Notes: generated by a model from the letters alone, not told the origin. 64,000 bases of DNA from Deltaproteobacteria bacterium TL4 (GCA_051382335.1 JBBCAX010000033.1:62891-126890); one strand, 5' to 3'. Counted from the stretch's first letter, positions 21,301-31,666 are shown. Program-made: numbers and translations.

Positions 21301-24140
21301 ACCCCTCGCGCGTTGAGTTCTCGCATGAGAAAGGAGTAAAACCCTACTTGCCATTTTTGACTGTATTGAGGGGTTTGGCTCCTTTTGATATCCCCAATTT
21401 GCAAAACGGGCAGGTTTTCTTTCATCGTAAGTTGAATCAAATCAGGGATTCCAACTCCGTCCAGCCGTAATGCAGGGTGAACGCTCAACAAGGACGGAAG
21501 TAACATCACCGCATGTGAGAGTATGAACGTTTGAGAGGGTTCCTGCCGGATTTGTTGGATGCAATGTCTTAGGTATTTCAGCGAGGCTTGAAATCGTTCT
21601 TCCAGGGACATCCTCTCTCCTGAGGAGTGATACTCTTCAATGGTGACCATTTGATCGCAATCGCTTTTCAAATGTTCCAAAACGTTTTGCTCAAATTGCT
21701 TCCCCAACTCCATGCGGAGTAACTCCAGCTCATTATCGACCGGTGTTGATCTCGCGGGAGCCTGTTCCGTTGGTAAAAAGCAAAAGGACAACCACCGCTC
21801 ACATTGTTGTTTCCGGAAGTAATCACCAATGAGGGTTCCTGTGATGGAACGGGGACGATAAGCGAAGGTGTCAGGCCACTTAAAAGAACGGTCTTCTTGC
21901 GTTTTCCAGCGTTGCTTTTCCTCCTCCAATAGAAAGGCTGCGGCTGTTTTTTCTTTGAGAGCCACCACGGTTTGATCTTTTTGAGGCTCTTGAATTTTGA
22001 GCCAGCCCAATTCACCCGAAACCCCTTCAGACGAAGCACTGAGGTATTGATCAAAAGTTGTTGCTAATCGAGCGTCATATAGAAAATCAGTAACTTCATC
22101 CAGTAAAACGTCTAACGGTAAAAAAGTAGAAAACGCATTAAGTGGAAATAAAGCGCAGAGTATTTTGAGGTGTGGGGCTGCCCAATTCCGAAACGCTTTT
22201 TTGCTGGTGGGAAGCGGGAGCCCTTGAAAGTTAACAAGATGCGAACATTCTATGCCTGTCTCATCTCCGGCAATGCTAAAGTCTTCCTGTTTTGCCAAGG
22301 GACTTCCCTCAAGGATCCTTTGCAGAATCATATTTCCGATTGCGCCGATAAAGGTGTGATAACGATAAAGTCCGGTGAGACTTCTTCCCAAACGCATTCC
22401 ATTGGCAAGCGGCAGGGTTTGCTTAAATTGTTCCCGCTCAATTTCCAACAAACGACGTGTACGGCTAAAGAGTCCCCATTCACTTTCCTCTCCTTTGGTA
22501 AGGTCTGATTCCAGAAAGTATTGAATGGCTTGCGCGACCTCATAAGATACCCGGGATCCTGCTCCCAACCAGAAAATCTCTTTTGAACCGATTTGAGTCG
22601 CAGGCAAGGCTAGCACTTTATTTTCTTCACCCTCAATAATTTCAATAATTTGAAGGCGTTTTCCCGCCAATTGAACACAATCGTTGACTTCCAATTGCTT
22701 CACAACCGATTTAGGTAAATCCGCAAGGGATTCCTTTTCCATTTCCAGGAGGTATTCTTCTTCGGTTTCAGGAAAGTTACTCCAAATTTTCCGCTCCAGA
22801 TAATAATCACGATAACGCCAACTGCCTTGAAATAAACCACGTACTGTTTTTTCACGGATCCATCCTTGTTTGCTCATGTGCGAAAAAATCAAGGGTAACT
22901 CCGAGTGTTGGTCAGGAAACAGTTGTTGTAAAGATTGCAAGGAGAGTTGTTTTTTTTCATAGAGGCAGGAAAGGCTTTGTTGTATCAAAACACTTGGAAG
23001 TTGTTTCGTTGAGGGGTGTTCAATCCGCCCCTCTCTGGCTAATTTCAATAATCCCAGAAAACGCAAAAGTTGTCGCTCCGGTTGGGGGCCCCTACAAATT
23101 CCCCAGAAATGAACATTGTTTTGGCGGCGATTTGCCCGTCCAATGCGCTGCAGAAAATTCATTACAGATTCAGGTGGTTCATAAAGCAGAACGCCATCAA
23201 CGTTCCCGATATCAATCCCTAATTCCAAGGTACTGGTTGCAATACAGAGCGCGTGTGTTCGTTTTCGAAACCGTTCCTCCACGCCTCTTCGTGCTTGGGA
23301 TTTCAAGTTGGAGTAATGAAGCTCGGTAACGCCCATGAACGAGCCTGATTGATTCAGAATGGCTAATAAACGGTCACAGGTTCCACGATTATTGGCAAAA
23401 ATCAGGATTTTTTGATAGCCCCAGGTTTGATAACAATCCTCCAAAAGCGCAACCAGCTCTCGTTCATCATTTTTGAGAGAGACGATGTGAGGAATGATAT
23501 TTCGTTGGGTCAGAGAACAGCATCGAAAAGTATTTGGTTGGAAGTTAAAAAAACGGATCACTCCCTCGATATCTTCAATCGTTGCGGAAAGTGCGATTTT
23601 TTGCAAAGGACGGTTTATTCGGCATTCCAAACGTCTCAGCAGAAAACTGAGTTGTTTCCCCCGGTAGGTTTCGAAAAAGGTATGAACCTCGTCAATAATA
23701 ACCATCCGGATTTGCTTCGTGTAGGACCGCATATCGGCATTATTGCTGCCAAGAACAACATCCAGCGATTCTGGCGTGGTTAGCAACACATCAGGGTTTC
23801 CGCCGCCAGTCCGCTTTACATCACCGGTGCGAAGTCCGAGAGAAAGCTCCAAACGAGCTAGTGTCGGGGCGAGCCTTCTCTCCAGATCCATTGCCAACGC
23901 ACGGGTCGGAATGAGGTAAAGAATTTTATTTTTCTGTTGGGAACAGATGAGTTGTTCCACACAAGGGGCAAGAACCGCCTCTGTTTTGCCGGAACCTGTC
24001 GCTGCTTGCAAGATCACATCCCGGCCTTCCAACAGGGGGGCAATCACTTCGATTTGAACCGAAGAAAGTTGCGTGAAGGTGCCGTAAAAAGCACGATAAG
24101 TATTGGGGAGCAGGAGCAGAGGAGAGGCAAAATGGCTCAT
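18363..24140 (-). CDS. Multidomain protein: Lhr-like SF2 helicase, Cas4/Dna2-like PD-(D/E)xK nuclease and Upf1/Dna2-like SF1 helicase
   Basis: AATGSGKT, DEVH, SAT, STLELGIDIG, QRIGR; CERW...GIPDL...GDIK...QVGFY...CTSCPWFDYC; GPPGTGKT, DEASQ, GDVNQLPP, TVERIQGAERD, NVVITRAK. Start taken at ATG 24140. Confidence 0.88.
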   Translation of the reverse strand: MSHFASPLLLLPNTYRAFYGTFTQLSSVQIEVIAPLLEGRDVILQAATGSGKTEAVLAPCVEQLICSQQKNKILYLIPTRALAMDLERRLAPTLARLELSLGLRTGDVKRTGGGNPDVLLTTPESLDVVLGSNNADMRSYTKQIRMVIIDEVHTFFETYRGKQLSFLLRRLECRINRPLQKIALSATIEDIEGVIRFFNFQPNTFRCCSLTQRNIIPHIVSLKNDERELVALLEDCYQTWGYQKILIFANNRGTCDRLLAILNQSGSFMGVTELHYSNLKSQARRGVEERFRKRTHALCIATSTLELGIDIGNVDGVLLYEPPESVMNFLQRIGRANRRQNNVHFWGICRGPQPERQLLRFLGLLKLAREGRIEHPSTKQLPSVLIQQSLSCLYEKKQLSLQSLQQLFPDQHSELPLIFSHMSKQGWIREKTVRGLFQGSWRYRDYYLERKIWSNFPETEEEYLLEMEKESLADLPKSVVKQLEVNDCVQLAGKRLQIIEIIEGEENKVLALPATQIGSKEIFWLGAGSRVSYEVAQAIQYFLESDLTKGEESEWGLFSRTRRLLEIEREQFKQTLPLANGMRLGRSLTGLYRYHTFIGAIGNMILQRILEGSPLAKQEDFSIAGDETGIECSHLVNFQGLPLPTSKKAFRNWAAPHLKILCALFPLNAFSTFLPLDVLLDEVTDFLYDARLATTFDQYLSASSEGVSGELGWLKIQEPQKDQTVVALKEKTAAAFLLEEEKQRWKTQEDRSFKWPDTFAYRPRSITGTLIGDYFRKQQCERWLSFCFLPTEQAPARSTPVDNELELLRMELGKQFEQNVLEHLKSDCDQMVTIEEYHSSGERMSLEERFQASLKYLRHCIQQIRQEPSQTFILSHAVMLLPSLLSVHPALRLDGVGIPDLIQLTMKENLPVLQIGDIKRSQTPQYSQKWQVGFYSFLMRELNARGVFSEPLQISSTGFLMTPSQESGSEAILHEFELAPFWASFPALWENIRNTLLQLPQKAPYRLEVPCTSCPWFDYCYHHSLGEQEILFLPGITAGILEKIRLQHLHSLTQVESYFSKEQTSDSIDDGLSPNQRERLMAKTKSLQTGQFYLREPVTRLFPANLSLSLFIQTLEDPLSRKSCGLGWCVTDNTGTVLQNQTWLFFDEEQSSHFRKTFIPQLIKVWDKGRSEGQTPHLFYFRESDWLSFQNIFVDSELSFLWNPQRQHSTSLSHLIFSHFDFPIPGEMTLYALSRVTGISLNQLPPESLFHQDSWSNGSIANDPDEKTRQAMEVTLKQRLQVLLAVWKWLSPHLRSEWNQQDSSPNLDPTRGLKDAYLNFIENEKRLREDDILQLQKLSFQERVERFRSLGPLEFEKMVLDEEGRFLYLFRIKGPNRSSKFREGDFLKLAPLSLSDLQKGIPVILENYDRSQNQICLRSRQGKINLNKNAGYSLEEDLTDWNTNKLFHGVQIVLSEDHNHPLFHLLSGGWSFKQDEDALTWAEQWLKRFSQISGLNETQQQALKQAFQYRLSLIEGPPGTGKTHLLGWILIALVLHAQQNNRPMRIVVSALTHQAIDQVLRKVLQLLNQHSLREFPAPCFKWGRWSEDSPQPFGDRTVQLLNDVNELAEHPYAILGATGFGLYQLFEGKDGDFPPVFDWVIFDEASQVLVPQALLSLLYGKGNFLFLGDVNQLPPIVIGRYDAEKEQVYLKDSILAHLMKHYDAPLQSRLNVTYRMNKELCEFPSQTWYEGALYPHLSNQNSRLKLSRFQLTDPYGPILNPAQPVSLVLLDHRGSGQKCVPEMELLVEFTKTLIMEYEVSPEQIAIITPHRAQNNAILEKLQPLMEEHHFQRPLIDTVERIQGAERDVILFGFTVSDLDQIEGEFLNNPNRFNVVITRAKKKLVVVGSSVFFYNIAHSEEALKSNLCFKKFMEHCQQKNSIHTLS

Positions 24141-24521
24141 TAAAATTCGTCTGTAAATAATAACACAACAAGTCGACAGAAATTGGTTGAAGCAAATAGA
24201 GGGGTGGCCCGACTTCACCAACTTTTATTCCAGCACCCTTTAAAGTCAAGGTATAAGCGTGGCACAAGAGGTCAATCACTCTCTTCGGATCAAAAACTGG
24301 TCATTACGTGATCGCTTATATTGTGGACTGCTGACACCATTTTTTCGACTCATTGGAAACAAATTTTTCACACCCTTTTCCTTTCCTGAAAAAAAAAAAC
24401 TAAAAAAGTGTCAGAAAATTCTTTTTTTTACTTCCTTTTCTGAAAATTTTGAGATAAATGGCTTTATATGAGATGAGATTTTTAACTTAGGGGAGTTATT
24501 TACTTTATTTAAAAAATAGGA

Positions 24522-27500
24522 ATGGTCATTATGGAAAGATTTTTCGTAAAAATCGTACTAATTCTACTCAGTTTGCTAATCCCTCTTTGGTTTGTTGCTT
24601 GTGAGGGCAAAAAGAATGACTCGACAGATCCCAAAAATGCTGCTGAGGCGACTGGTGTCATTACTGGGATTATCAAAGATACCTCGACGAATAAACCCCT
24701 GAAAGGTGTCGTGATCTCTGCGGTGGCTGGAGAGGCTACTTTTACCGCGGAATCTGCCATCGATGGTAGCTTTATTCTGGAAATAAAACCGGTTCAAAGG
24801 ACGGATGGTTATGATGTTCAGTTTTCCAAAGAGGGGTATGAAGCGGCTACAAAATCTGCGGTTTTCGATCTGCCAAATTTGCGGGTGGAGTTGGGAACGG
24901 TACTCTTGACTCCGGTCAGCACTGAGAAGACTCCCTCTGGCAAAATTATTGGTCTTGTCAAGGATTCAGCTACCATTAAAGGTATAGCTGGAGTCAAAGT
25001 CTCCGTAGATGTTAAAGGGACCATCGTCACTACCGATACTGACTTAACGGGTGCCTTCACACTAGAGGTGAAGGGAGCACAGGCAGGAGAAGGTTATAGT
25101 GTGCAATTCTCAAAAGATGGATATCAGAATGCGACAAGAGCCGCCAGCTTTGATCAAAAATTGGAAGTGGATTTGGACGTTGTTTCTCTAACCCCGTCCA
25201 CAACAAGTGTCACTTCAGGGGGTACCACTTCAGGGGGTACCACTTCAGGAGGGACTACTTCAGGAGGGACTACTTCAGGGGGGACTACTTCAGGGGGGAC
25301 TACTTCAGGAGGGACTACTTCAGGAGGGACCACTTCAGGGGGGACTACTTCAGGAGGGACTACTTCAGGAGGAGACGCTTCGGAAGATGTCATCGAACCC
25401 ACAATCAAGACAGGTGTGATCCAGGGGACAATTAAGGATAACTCGGGTAGTCCACTGAAAGAGGTACAAATATTTTTAAGTATTGGAACTTCCACACTTA
25501 ATATGAAATCGGGAGTCGATGGTACTTTTTCCATGAGTGTTGAAGGCGTTCAAGAAAATGAAAATTACAAAATTGCCTTTAGTAAAGAAGGCTATGAAAA
25601 AAATTCACAGGTGATCAGTTTTGATACCTCCGATTTGAAAGTCGACATGGCAACGGTTTCCTTGACTAACGAGGATATCACACCTGTAGAAACGCACGCA
25701 GGTCAACTGACCGGGATTGTTAAAGATGTTGTTTCTGGAAATCCCCTGGAAGGGGCAAAAATATATGTATTTGTCAATGATCTCTATTACGCTGCGTCGG
25801 GAGTTGATGGCGCGTTCGCACTGGAATTAAATGGAATCCAGGATGCCGCGGCTTCTGCGATTCTGATTAAAAAAACAGGATATCAAGACTTCAGTAATAC
25901 GATCCTTTTTGCCTCACCCACTTATAATTTGGAAATGGGAGTTGTTTCCTTATCTCCAGTTCAGGTGGTAGCCGAAAAGAAAATTGTGGGTACGGTCATT
26001 GACAGTTTTTCCGCTTCCGGTTTGGCCAATGTCTTGGTAACCGTTCAAGATTCAAAGTCAGCAACCAAGACGGCTCTTACCAACGAGAATGGGGAATTCA
26101 GTATTTCTGGAAAAGATTTTTATCTGGAGAGTTCTTATACACTGAGTCTGACCAAAACCAATTATGTCGAACGTTCTGATGTCAGCGTAACGATCAGCGG
26201 GGATACAAACCTCATTGATAAAAGTATTGTTCGACTTTATAAGCAAGCTGGAAAAATTAGTGGCGATATCAAGGATGAGGCTACAGGTACTCCTCTAAAA
26301 GATACGGTTGTAACCGCTACGGACAGCCTGGGCGCTGAAGTCTCGGCAACGACAGACGCACAGGGGCACTTCACACTGGCAAGCGATTACTTCCTTTTGG
26401 GAGAAACTTATCAGGTTGTTGTTTCCGGAGGTTCTGATTTTCACCCTACGCAAACCAGTGTTAAGATTTCTACAACGTCGGATCAATCGCCGAATCTCAT
26501 TAGTGAGGTTACGCTTTTGAAACCTGTCAGTGTATCCGGAATCGTCAAAGACACTAACGGAAATCCCATTTCTAATCTTAAGGTAACTGTTGAGGGACTT
26601 CCGGATGAGGTCATCACGGATGGTGAGGGCAAGTTCACGCTTTCTGGGACAAGCTATCTGAGAAACACGGCCTATAAACTGACATTTACGAAAGAAGGTT
26701 ATACTTCTGAAACAGTAACCTCCTCACTCCTTGGTACTGGGGTAAACATCATGGGTGATATCCAACTTGCGGCTGAAGTCACAACGCCTCCCGTGGAACA
26801 ACCCTCTTCTGGCTGGAGGAGCCTTTCCGGAAAAGTCGTTGATTACTGGAAAGATGCGATAGGTTTGAGTCCGACCGCGCTTCAGGATGCCACTGTGAAA
26901 GTGACAGACGATGGCACTGCCATCCGTTCTGATCTAACCGATGCGAATGGAAGTTTTGAAATCAGTGGAAATTTTACTGTCGCAAAAAATTATACGCTGA
27001 CTATTAGCAAAAGTGGTTTTACCGGAACTCAGGAAATGGAGCTAAAATCGGAGGTAACAATGGGCAACGCTCCTTATACATCAGGAACATTCGCCCTCTA
27101 TCCTCTTGGTGTGTTTACTAAACTCAAACGATCCACGGATAGTAGTTCAACTGAACTCAATTTGAATCAACAGTTGAAACAGACTTATGAAAAATTTCTC
27201 ACCGGCAAAACAGGTTTTACCTTATCGGCCCGGGATGATAACGATCTGAATAAGGCCAACACCTTCTATATCCATCTGGATGACAGTTCTTTTCCCTCTT
27301 CATTACCCAGTGGTTTGGGCAAGCATTCCAATTACCTGGCAGTGGGCGGAGCCCAGAAAAAAGGTGCCTTGACGGAAGGCCTCGGCAGTGACTCCCGAAT
27401 TACAAATACTCAATGGGAAGGAACTACCACAAACTGGGGTTTGAAGAATTTTGTATTGTATCACTTTTATGCGGCTCAGGCTGGGACTTATACCATTGAA

Positions 27501-27995
27501 ACTACCAGTTCCACCGATACTGTTCTGATTCTCTATGATGCCTCAGGTACTAAAAAGATTGAAGATGACAATAGCGGTACCGACAAAAACGCAAAAATAA
27601 CCTATACGGTGCAATCTTCTGACTCAGGTAGTTGGTATTTTGTCCAGGTTAAAGGCGCGAATGACAGTACTTTTGGTCTTTTCGAGATCCAGGTATCAGG
27701 ACCTGAACTTTCAGCTCAGATAACCACTTTGCCGCAAACGTGGGATACCACTACTGCCGATAAAGGAATTGTCCTTTCCTGGTATGATCAGGCTTATCAT
27801 AAGCTTTATATTGCCGCTCCTGATGAAAGCGTTTCTTCCGGTTCTATTACGATCAGCCATTTTGGTGCTATTGGAAAAATTGTCCGAGGGCAATTCCCCA
27901 AAGAGGGTTCTGATGGCGTCATGCGAGCGGTAGACGACAGTGGGGCAACCGTTGAGATTCAAAAAGGTTATTTCAACATTCTAAGAAGCGAGTAG
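24522..27995 (+). CDS. Large lipoprotein with tandem carboxypeptidase-regulatory-like beta-sandwich domains and a C-terminal PPC-like domain
   Basis: Lipobox FVA-C; about 8 repeats of GxVxD...PLxGxxV...TDxxGxF...FSKx[16 protein letters not shown]...DDNSG. Confidence 0.8.
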   Translation: MVIMERFFVKIVLILLSLLIPLWFVACEGKKNDSTDPKNAAEATGVITGIIKDTSTNKPLKGVVISAVAGEATFTAESAIDGSFILEIKPVQRTDGYDVQFSKEGYEAATKSAVFDLPNLRVELGTVLLTPVSTEKTPSGKIIGLVKDSATIKGIAGVKVSVDVKGTIVTTDTDLTGAFTLEVKGAQAGEGYSVQFSKDGYQNATRAASFDQKLEVDLDVVSLTPSTTSVTSGGTTSGGTTSGGTTSGGTTSGGTTSGGTTSGGTTSGGTTSGGTTSGGTTSGGDASEDVIEPTIKTGVIQGTIKDNSGSPLKEVQIFLSIGTSTLNMKSGVDGTFSMSVEGVQENENYKIAFSKEGYEKNSQVISFDTSDLKVDMATVSLTNEDITPVETHAGQLTGIVKDVVSGNPLEGAKIYVFVNDLYYAASGVDGAFALELNGIQDAAASAILIKKTGYQDFSNTILFASPTYNLEMGVVSLSPVQVVAEKKIVGTVIDSFSASGLANVLVTVQDSKSATKTALTNENGEFSISGKDFYLESSYTLSLTKTNYVERSDVSVTISGDTNLIDKSIVRLYKQAGKISGDIKDEATGTPLKDTVVTATDSLGAEVSATTDAQGHFTLASDYFLLGETYQVVVSGGSDFHPTQTSVKISTTSDQSPNLISEVTLLKPVSVSGIVKDTNGNPISNLKVTVEGLPDEVITDGEGKFTLSGTSYLRNTAYKLTFTKEGYTSETVTSSLLGTGVNIMGDIQLAAEVTTPPVEQPSSGWRSLSGKVVDYWKDAIGLSPTALQDATVKVTDDGTAIRSDLTDANGSFEISGNFTVAKNYTLTISKSGFTGTQEMELKSEVTMGNAPYTSGTFALYPLGVFTKLKRSTDSSSTELNLNQQLKQTYEKFLTGKTGFTLSARDDNDLNKANTFYIHLDDSSFPSSLPSGLGKHSNYLAVGGAQKKGALTEGLGSDSRITNTQWEGTTTNWGLKNFVLYHFYAAQAGTYTIETTSSTDTVLILYDASGTKKIEDDNSGTDKNAKITYTVQSSDSGSWYFVQVKGANDSTFGLFEIQVSGPELSAQITTLPQTWDTTTADKGIVLSWYDQAYHKLYIAAPDESVSSGSITISHFGAIGKIVRGQFPKEGSDGVMRAVDDSGATVEIQKGYFNILRSE
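25212..25373 (+). repeat. In-frame 15-bp tandem repeat encoding (TSGGT)x11
   Basis: ACTTCAGG(A/G)GG(G/T)AC(C/T) recurs every 15 bp from 25212 to 25362. Confidence 0.97.
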
Positions 27996-27999
27996 AGAC

Positions 28000-28671
28000 A
28001 TGAAACATAAAACATTCCCGAAGATAGTTCCTGTTTTCTTGATGGTGTTCATGATTGGTGGCATATTATTCTCATTAAGCGCTGATCCAGGCCAGTTAGG
28101 AACAGGACAACTAAAATTCAAAATTGGTGAAAAAGATTATTTATTCCTGAACGCACAGGGAACTGTTGAGACAAAAGCGGGTCAAAAGGTTATTACCGTC
28201 GGTCTGAAGGATGCTCAACAGAAAACAAAATTATACATTACGGCTTTCCTTGCGGATGAAGCTTTGGAAAACCATCTCAGCACCCAGTATCATGAAATCT
28301 CCTTGATGTTCAAGGATCCTGATGCTTCTATTTTTGTGATGCCCGCTGTGCGTCTGGCAAGACAAACCAGTTTCCTCTATGCACAAAAAGTAGGAACAGG
28401 CAGAAACATACGCTATGTAAGAACAGCTCCTGATTGGGCGAATATGTCTAGAAAAGAGCGGCTTGACACGGGTAAAGGGGTGATTCGTCGCAAGCAAATG
28501 GAAGATACCGCTTTCTTTCTGAATTTATATCCAACCTTGAAAAATGGACAACTCGTGGAACTAAAGGGGGTATTTTCCGGAGTGGTAAAACAGAAAAACA
28601 GTACCACCCAGGCAATGCAAAACACCACAATCAATGATGGCGAATTCCGCGTTATTGTTCAGCAGTATTAA
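28000..28671 (+). CDS. Hypothetical exported protein
   Basis: Signal peptide (SLSA-D); starts 4 bp after the upstream gene. Confidence 0.7.
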   Translation: MKHKTFPKIVPVFLMVFMIGGILFSLSADPGQLGTGQLKFKIGEKDYLFLNAQGTVETKAGQKVITVGLKDAQQKTKLYITAFLADEALENHLSTQYHEISLMFKDPDASIFVMPAVRLARQTSFLYAQKVGTGRNIRYVRTAPDWANMSRKERLDTGKGVIRRKQMEDTAFFLNLYPTLKNGQLVELKGVFSGVVKQKNSTTQAMQNTTINDGEFRVIVQQY

Positions 28672-28718
28672 GTTTACTTTGTTGAGGTTTTTGACCCTAT
28701 TTTTAAGAAGGTGTAAAA

Positions 28719-30206
28719 ATGAAAAAATGGAACTATAGACGCATAATAATTTTCGGTTTTTTTATGATGATTCCTTTCAGTATTTATTCCTATACTGACA
28801 ACACTCATCAGAATTTTTCGGAAGACGCTCTCATTTTTATGGAAACAGAGGGTTCCAATCAGATGCGTTGGGTGGCTGATTATTACAAGGCCAAAGCGGG
28901 TGGGCGCTATACAGGGGTCTGTGAGAACAAATCGGATGAGACGAATCCTCTCGAATCTGCCAATGCCGGTCCGGAATGCGGAGCCATTGGTATTGCTCGG
29001 GTGGGTGGCGTAAAGCCTGATTATTTCCGTGATGTGTTCTGGGATGATTTTACGATCTTTCATTGGAACATTCCCAATCCTTTTTATAGAAACAATTTCA
29101 CCTCCTGGTCCCATTTTATTAATCTCTTGCAAAAAGCGGATGAGGGACATGATATCGTTACCAACAACTATAACGATTATGATGGTTATTCTTATAATAA
29201 CTCTTTTGGTTTTCCTTCAATGGGACTCGATTATGCTGTTGCTTCTGGAATGAATAACGCATGGATGACCATTGATCTGCCCCATTGTACCCATAGCAGA
29301 TGTGCCGAGAGATATTCGATTGTCCCCAATCCCAATCCTGCGGTAGACTATAAGCAAAACCGTGCGACAACGTCTTTGGGGACACCTCAAACTGAGAAGA
29401 AATCAGGGGGTGGCAATGGCACGAATTATAATTGTTTTAGCGATTCATCTCTAGGGAATTGTCCTGATTCCGGTTATAGCAAAACCTGTAAATCTGCCAA
29501 CTGCGGATGGTTTAGCTGTAGTGGGCCAAAGAGTGGGGGGCCTTTCCAAATTCCAGGTGACAACATTCATTGTGGAAAAGGCAAGAGTTGCAGTGACAGT
29601 GATGGAGAGTGTGGTCCGGGACAAGGTAACCCCTCTGTGAGTGACGAGGACTGGGTCATCTATGAGCCGGCTGACAATGCGGGAACCTTCTTTTATAATG
29701 AGTTTTTTCTGGAAGGAGGTACCAGTCGAAACACCCAGTTGGATATTGCTGCCGTTGCGGGACGGTATTATTCAATCCAGGGAAATGAGCTGATTCATGT
29801 GTTTGCGCCTTTACACTGGGCAGCGGATTCCGGAGTACAGCCTCACATCTGGGCCACGCTTGGCTATAACCATTCAGAGACGGAAACATGGATTGATGAA
29901 CAGTATGGCAAACGGAAAGTGGGAGGGAACGATGTGAGTAAAAACTACGAAAATTACGACCATGTGAAAGCTTATCTTGCCTCACGACAGAATCACTACG
30001 AAGGTATTGAGCTGGATGATCTTTTTATGGAACAGGCCTTTCTGACTTATCACCTCCGATTGCGAAATGGCCATGATACCCAAAGTAACTCTGACGATGC
30101 CTCCAACAGAAACTATTATATCTGGGCCGTCCCTAATGTCATCACGACGGAAGCTCTGATTATTGAAAAGGGTGTGATGGATTTGAGAAAATATAAGGGT
30201 AACTAA
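28719..30206 (+). CDS. Secreted protein, probable Zn-dependent phospholipase C / P1-nuclease fold with Cys-rich insert
   Basis: Signal peptide then YTDNTH; KPDYFRD, WSHF and LHWAADSGVQPH...NHSETE follow the Zn-ligand order of this fold. Confidence 0.6.
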   Translation: MKKWNYRRIIIFGFFMMIPFSIYSYTDNTHQNFSEDALIFMETEGSNQMRWVADYYKAKAGGRYTGVCENKSDETNPLESANAGPECGAIGIARVGGVKPDYFRDVFWDDFTIFHWNIPNPFYRNNFTSWSHFINLLQKADEGHDIVTNNYNDYDGYSYNNSFGFPSMGLDYAVASGMNNAWMTIDLPHCTHSRCAERYSIVPNPNPAVDYKQNRATTSLGTPQTEKKSGGGNGTNYNCFSDSSLGNCPDSGYSKTCKSANCGWFSCSGPKSGGPFQIPGDNIHCGKGKSCSDSDGECGPGQGNPSVSDEDWVIYEPADNAGTFFYNEFFLEGGTSRNTQLDIAAVAGRYYSIQGNELIHVFAPLHWAADSGVQPHIWATLGYNHSETETWIDEQYGKRKVGGNDVSKNYENYDHVKAYLASRQNHYEGIELDDLFMEQAFLTYHLRLRNGHDTQSNSDDASNRNYYIWAVPNVITTEALIIEKGVMDLRKYKGN

Positions 30207-30217
30207 ATAAGATCTAT

Positions 30218-30287
30218 GGGTTCAGAGTTCAACGCTAAGATCGGTGAGCTCTGAATCTTGAACCCCTGAACCCTTAACCTCTGAACC
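30218..30287. repeat. Short-unit (7-8 nt) TGAAC repeat tract with inverted partner
   Basis: GGGTTCAGAGTTCAA ... TCTGAAT CTTGAAC CCCTGAAC CCTTAAC CTCTGAACC. Confidence 0.65.
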
Positions 30288-30294
30288 ATCACTC

Positions 30295-31608
30295 ATGACC
30301 GCCCAATTCAAAAAAGTGCGGGTCGTCTCCGGACTCGCCCTGATGACCTTATTGCTCCTCATCGCCCTCTTTTTTTTTCTCAAGTTATCCGAACCAGAAC
30401 CCGTTTTGACCTTTCGAGGCGGAAGCATTTCTCAGAATACTTACCATTTTCTTCATCAAACCGAGTATGCCCATCTGAATGATGATGAATTAATTCAAAA
30501 ATTAAAGGATCGAGAAGTTCAGGGAGCTTTGGCGACCAAACAAGGTTTGAAGGATAACAAAATGTATCACTGGGCTTTAAATTTAAGAAGAAGAAGCCGA
30601 TTGAGCCGGGGGGCTCATTTAATTTGGAGAAACTTGGATCCCGCCCATTCAGATGAAAATTTTGAGTATGATCAGATTTGGAAGGACTTGAAATTCGAGA
30701 TAAATCTGGATCACCTCTCTGAGCAAATTACTCAGTATGTGGACAAAAATGAAATTAATCCCCGTTTGAAAATCGATCCTGAGGACTTGATCGCAGGGCG
30801 TTGGAGTGAGGGGGAAATTACCTTGGCTATGTTGAAAAAGGAGATGTTGAGTGAAGAATGGGAACGGATGCTGACTTTTGCGCCTGTTCCTCGCAAACAG
30901 GAATTGAGCGCTGCACTGAAAACCGTGACTGATTTTTTTCTCTACAGTAAAGCGATCAAGCGGTTCCGGGCGGTTGAAGAAGAGCTGATTCGTCAGGATC
31001 ACAATCACGTCGCTGCCATTTATCTCCCTGCCCGTTATGGTCAATCGGCGGGTGCTTTTCCGGTGGACCCCATTCAGATTGAGTTTAAGTCCACAGAATT
31101 ATTTGATCATTTTTTCAAAATCAAAGAGAGCTTAAAAAGAATTAATTGGGTCAAATGTCGTTATGTCGTGGTTAACGATTCAACAACCGCCGAACTTGTT
31201 TATGAACGGCTGAGAAATGGGGATCCCTTTTTATCACTGGCCGAAATCTATGCCATCAATAAAGATTATCTTCAGACGGCTGGTGAAATAAATCAGATCT
31301 ACCGGGTTGATCCCAAATATGGTTTGGAGCGGGATCATCTTCGTCCCTATATTGAACGTGTGATACTCTACATGGCAAAGGAAGAAATACGGTTGCCAAA
31401 GCCGCTTCCCCTGGATAAAGGTTACCTTGTCGCGGATCTTTTGAAGATAGAAAAAGAGAATGAGGAACTCCAATTTAAAGACTTTCGGATCATGGTCAAA
31501 CTGGATCTTCAGAAAGAATTATTGGCACGTCAGTTTCCCATTGATTTGCAGGATATGCGACAGGAACTCAATTTTCAGCAATTTGAAATAAAACCGATAC
31601 CTCAATAA
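30295..31608 (+). CDS. Membrane-anchored PpiC/SurA-PrsA-like foldase
   Basis: N-terminal TM; VKCRYVVVNDSTTAELVYERLRNGDPFLSLAEIY resembles the start of a parvulin domain. Confidence 0.6.
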   Translation: MTAQFKKVRVVSGLALMTLLLLIALFFFLKLSEPEPVLTFRGGSISQNTYHFLHQTEYAHLNDDELIQKLKDREVQGALATKQGLKDNKMYHWALNLRRRSRLSRGAHLIWRNLDPAHSDENFEYDQIWKDLKFEINLDHLSEQITQYVDKNEINPRLKIDPEDLIAGRWSEGEITLAMLKKEMLSEEWERMLTFAPVPRKQELSAALKTVTDFFLYSKAIKRFRAVEEELIRQDHNHVAAIYLPARYGQSAGAFPVDPIQIEFKSTELFDHFFKIKESLKRINWVKCRYVVVNDSTTAELVYERLRNGDPFLSLAEIYAINKDYLQTAGEINQIYRVDPKYGLERDHLRPYIERVILYMAKEEIRLPKPLPLDKGYLVADLLKIEKENEELQFKDFRIMVKLDLQKELLARQFPIDLQDMRQELNFQQFEIKPIPQ

Positions 31609-31666
31609 AAAAGATTTGATGAAAGCCTGACCGAAACAGGTTTCCAGGGAAACGAGAAGCCATTTT

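Noticed and set aside
21050..21850. CRISPR-associated cas4 gene
   Set aside because: The Cas4-like domain is internal to the helicase fusion, and no cas1/cas2 or array is present.
25154..25534. ORFs encoding (EVVPP)n and (GLLQE)n
   Set aside because: Antisense and alternate-frame shadows of the 15-bp coding repeat.
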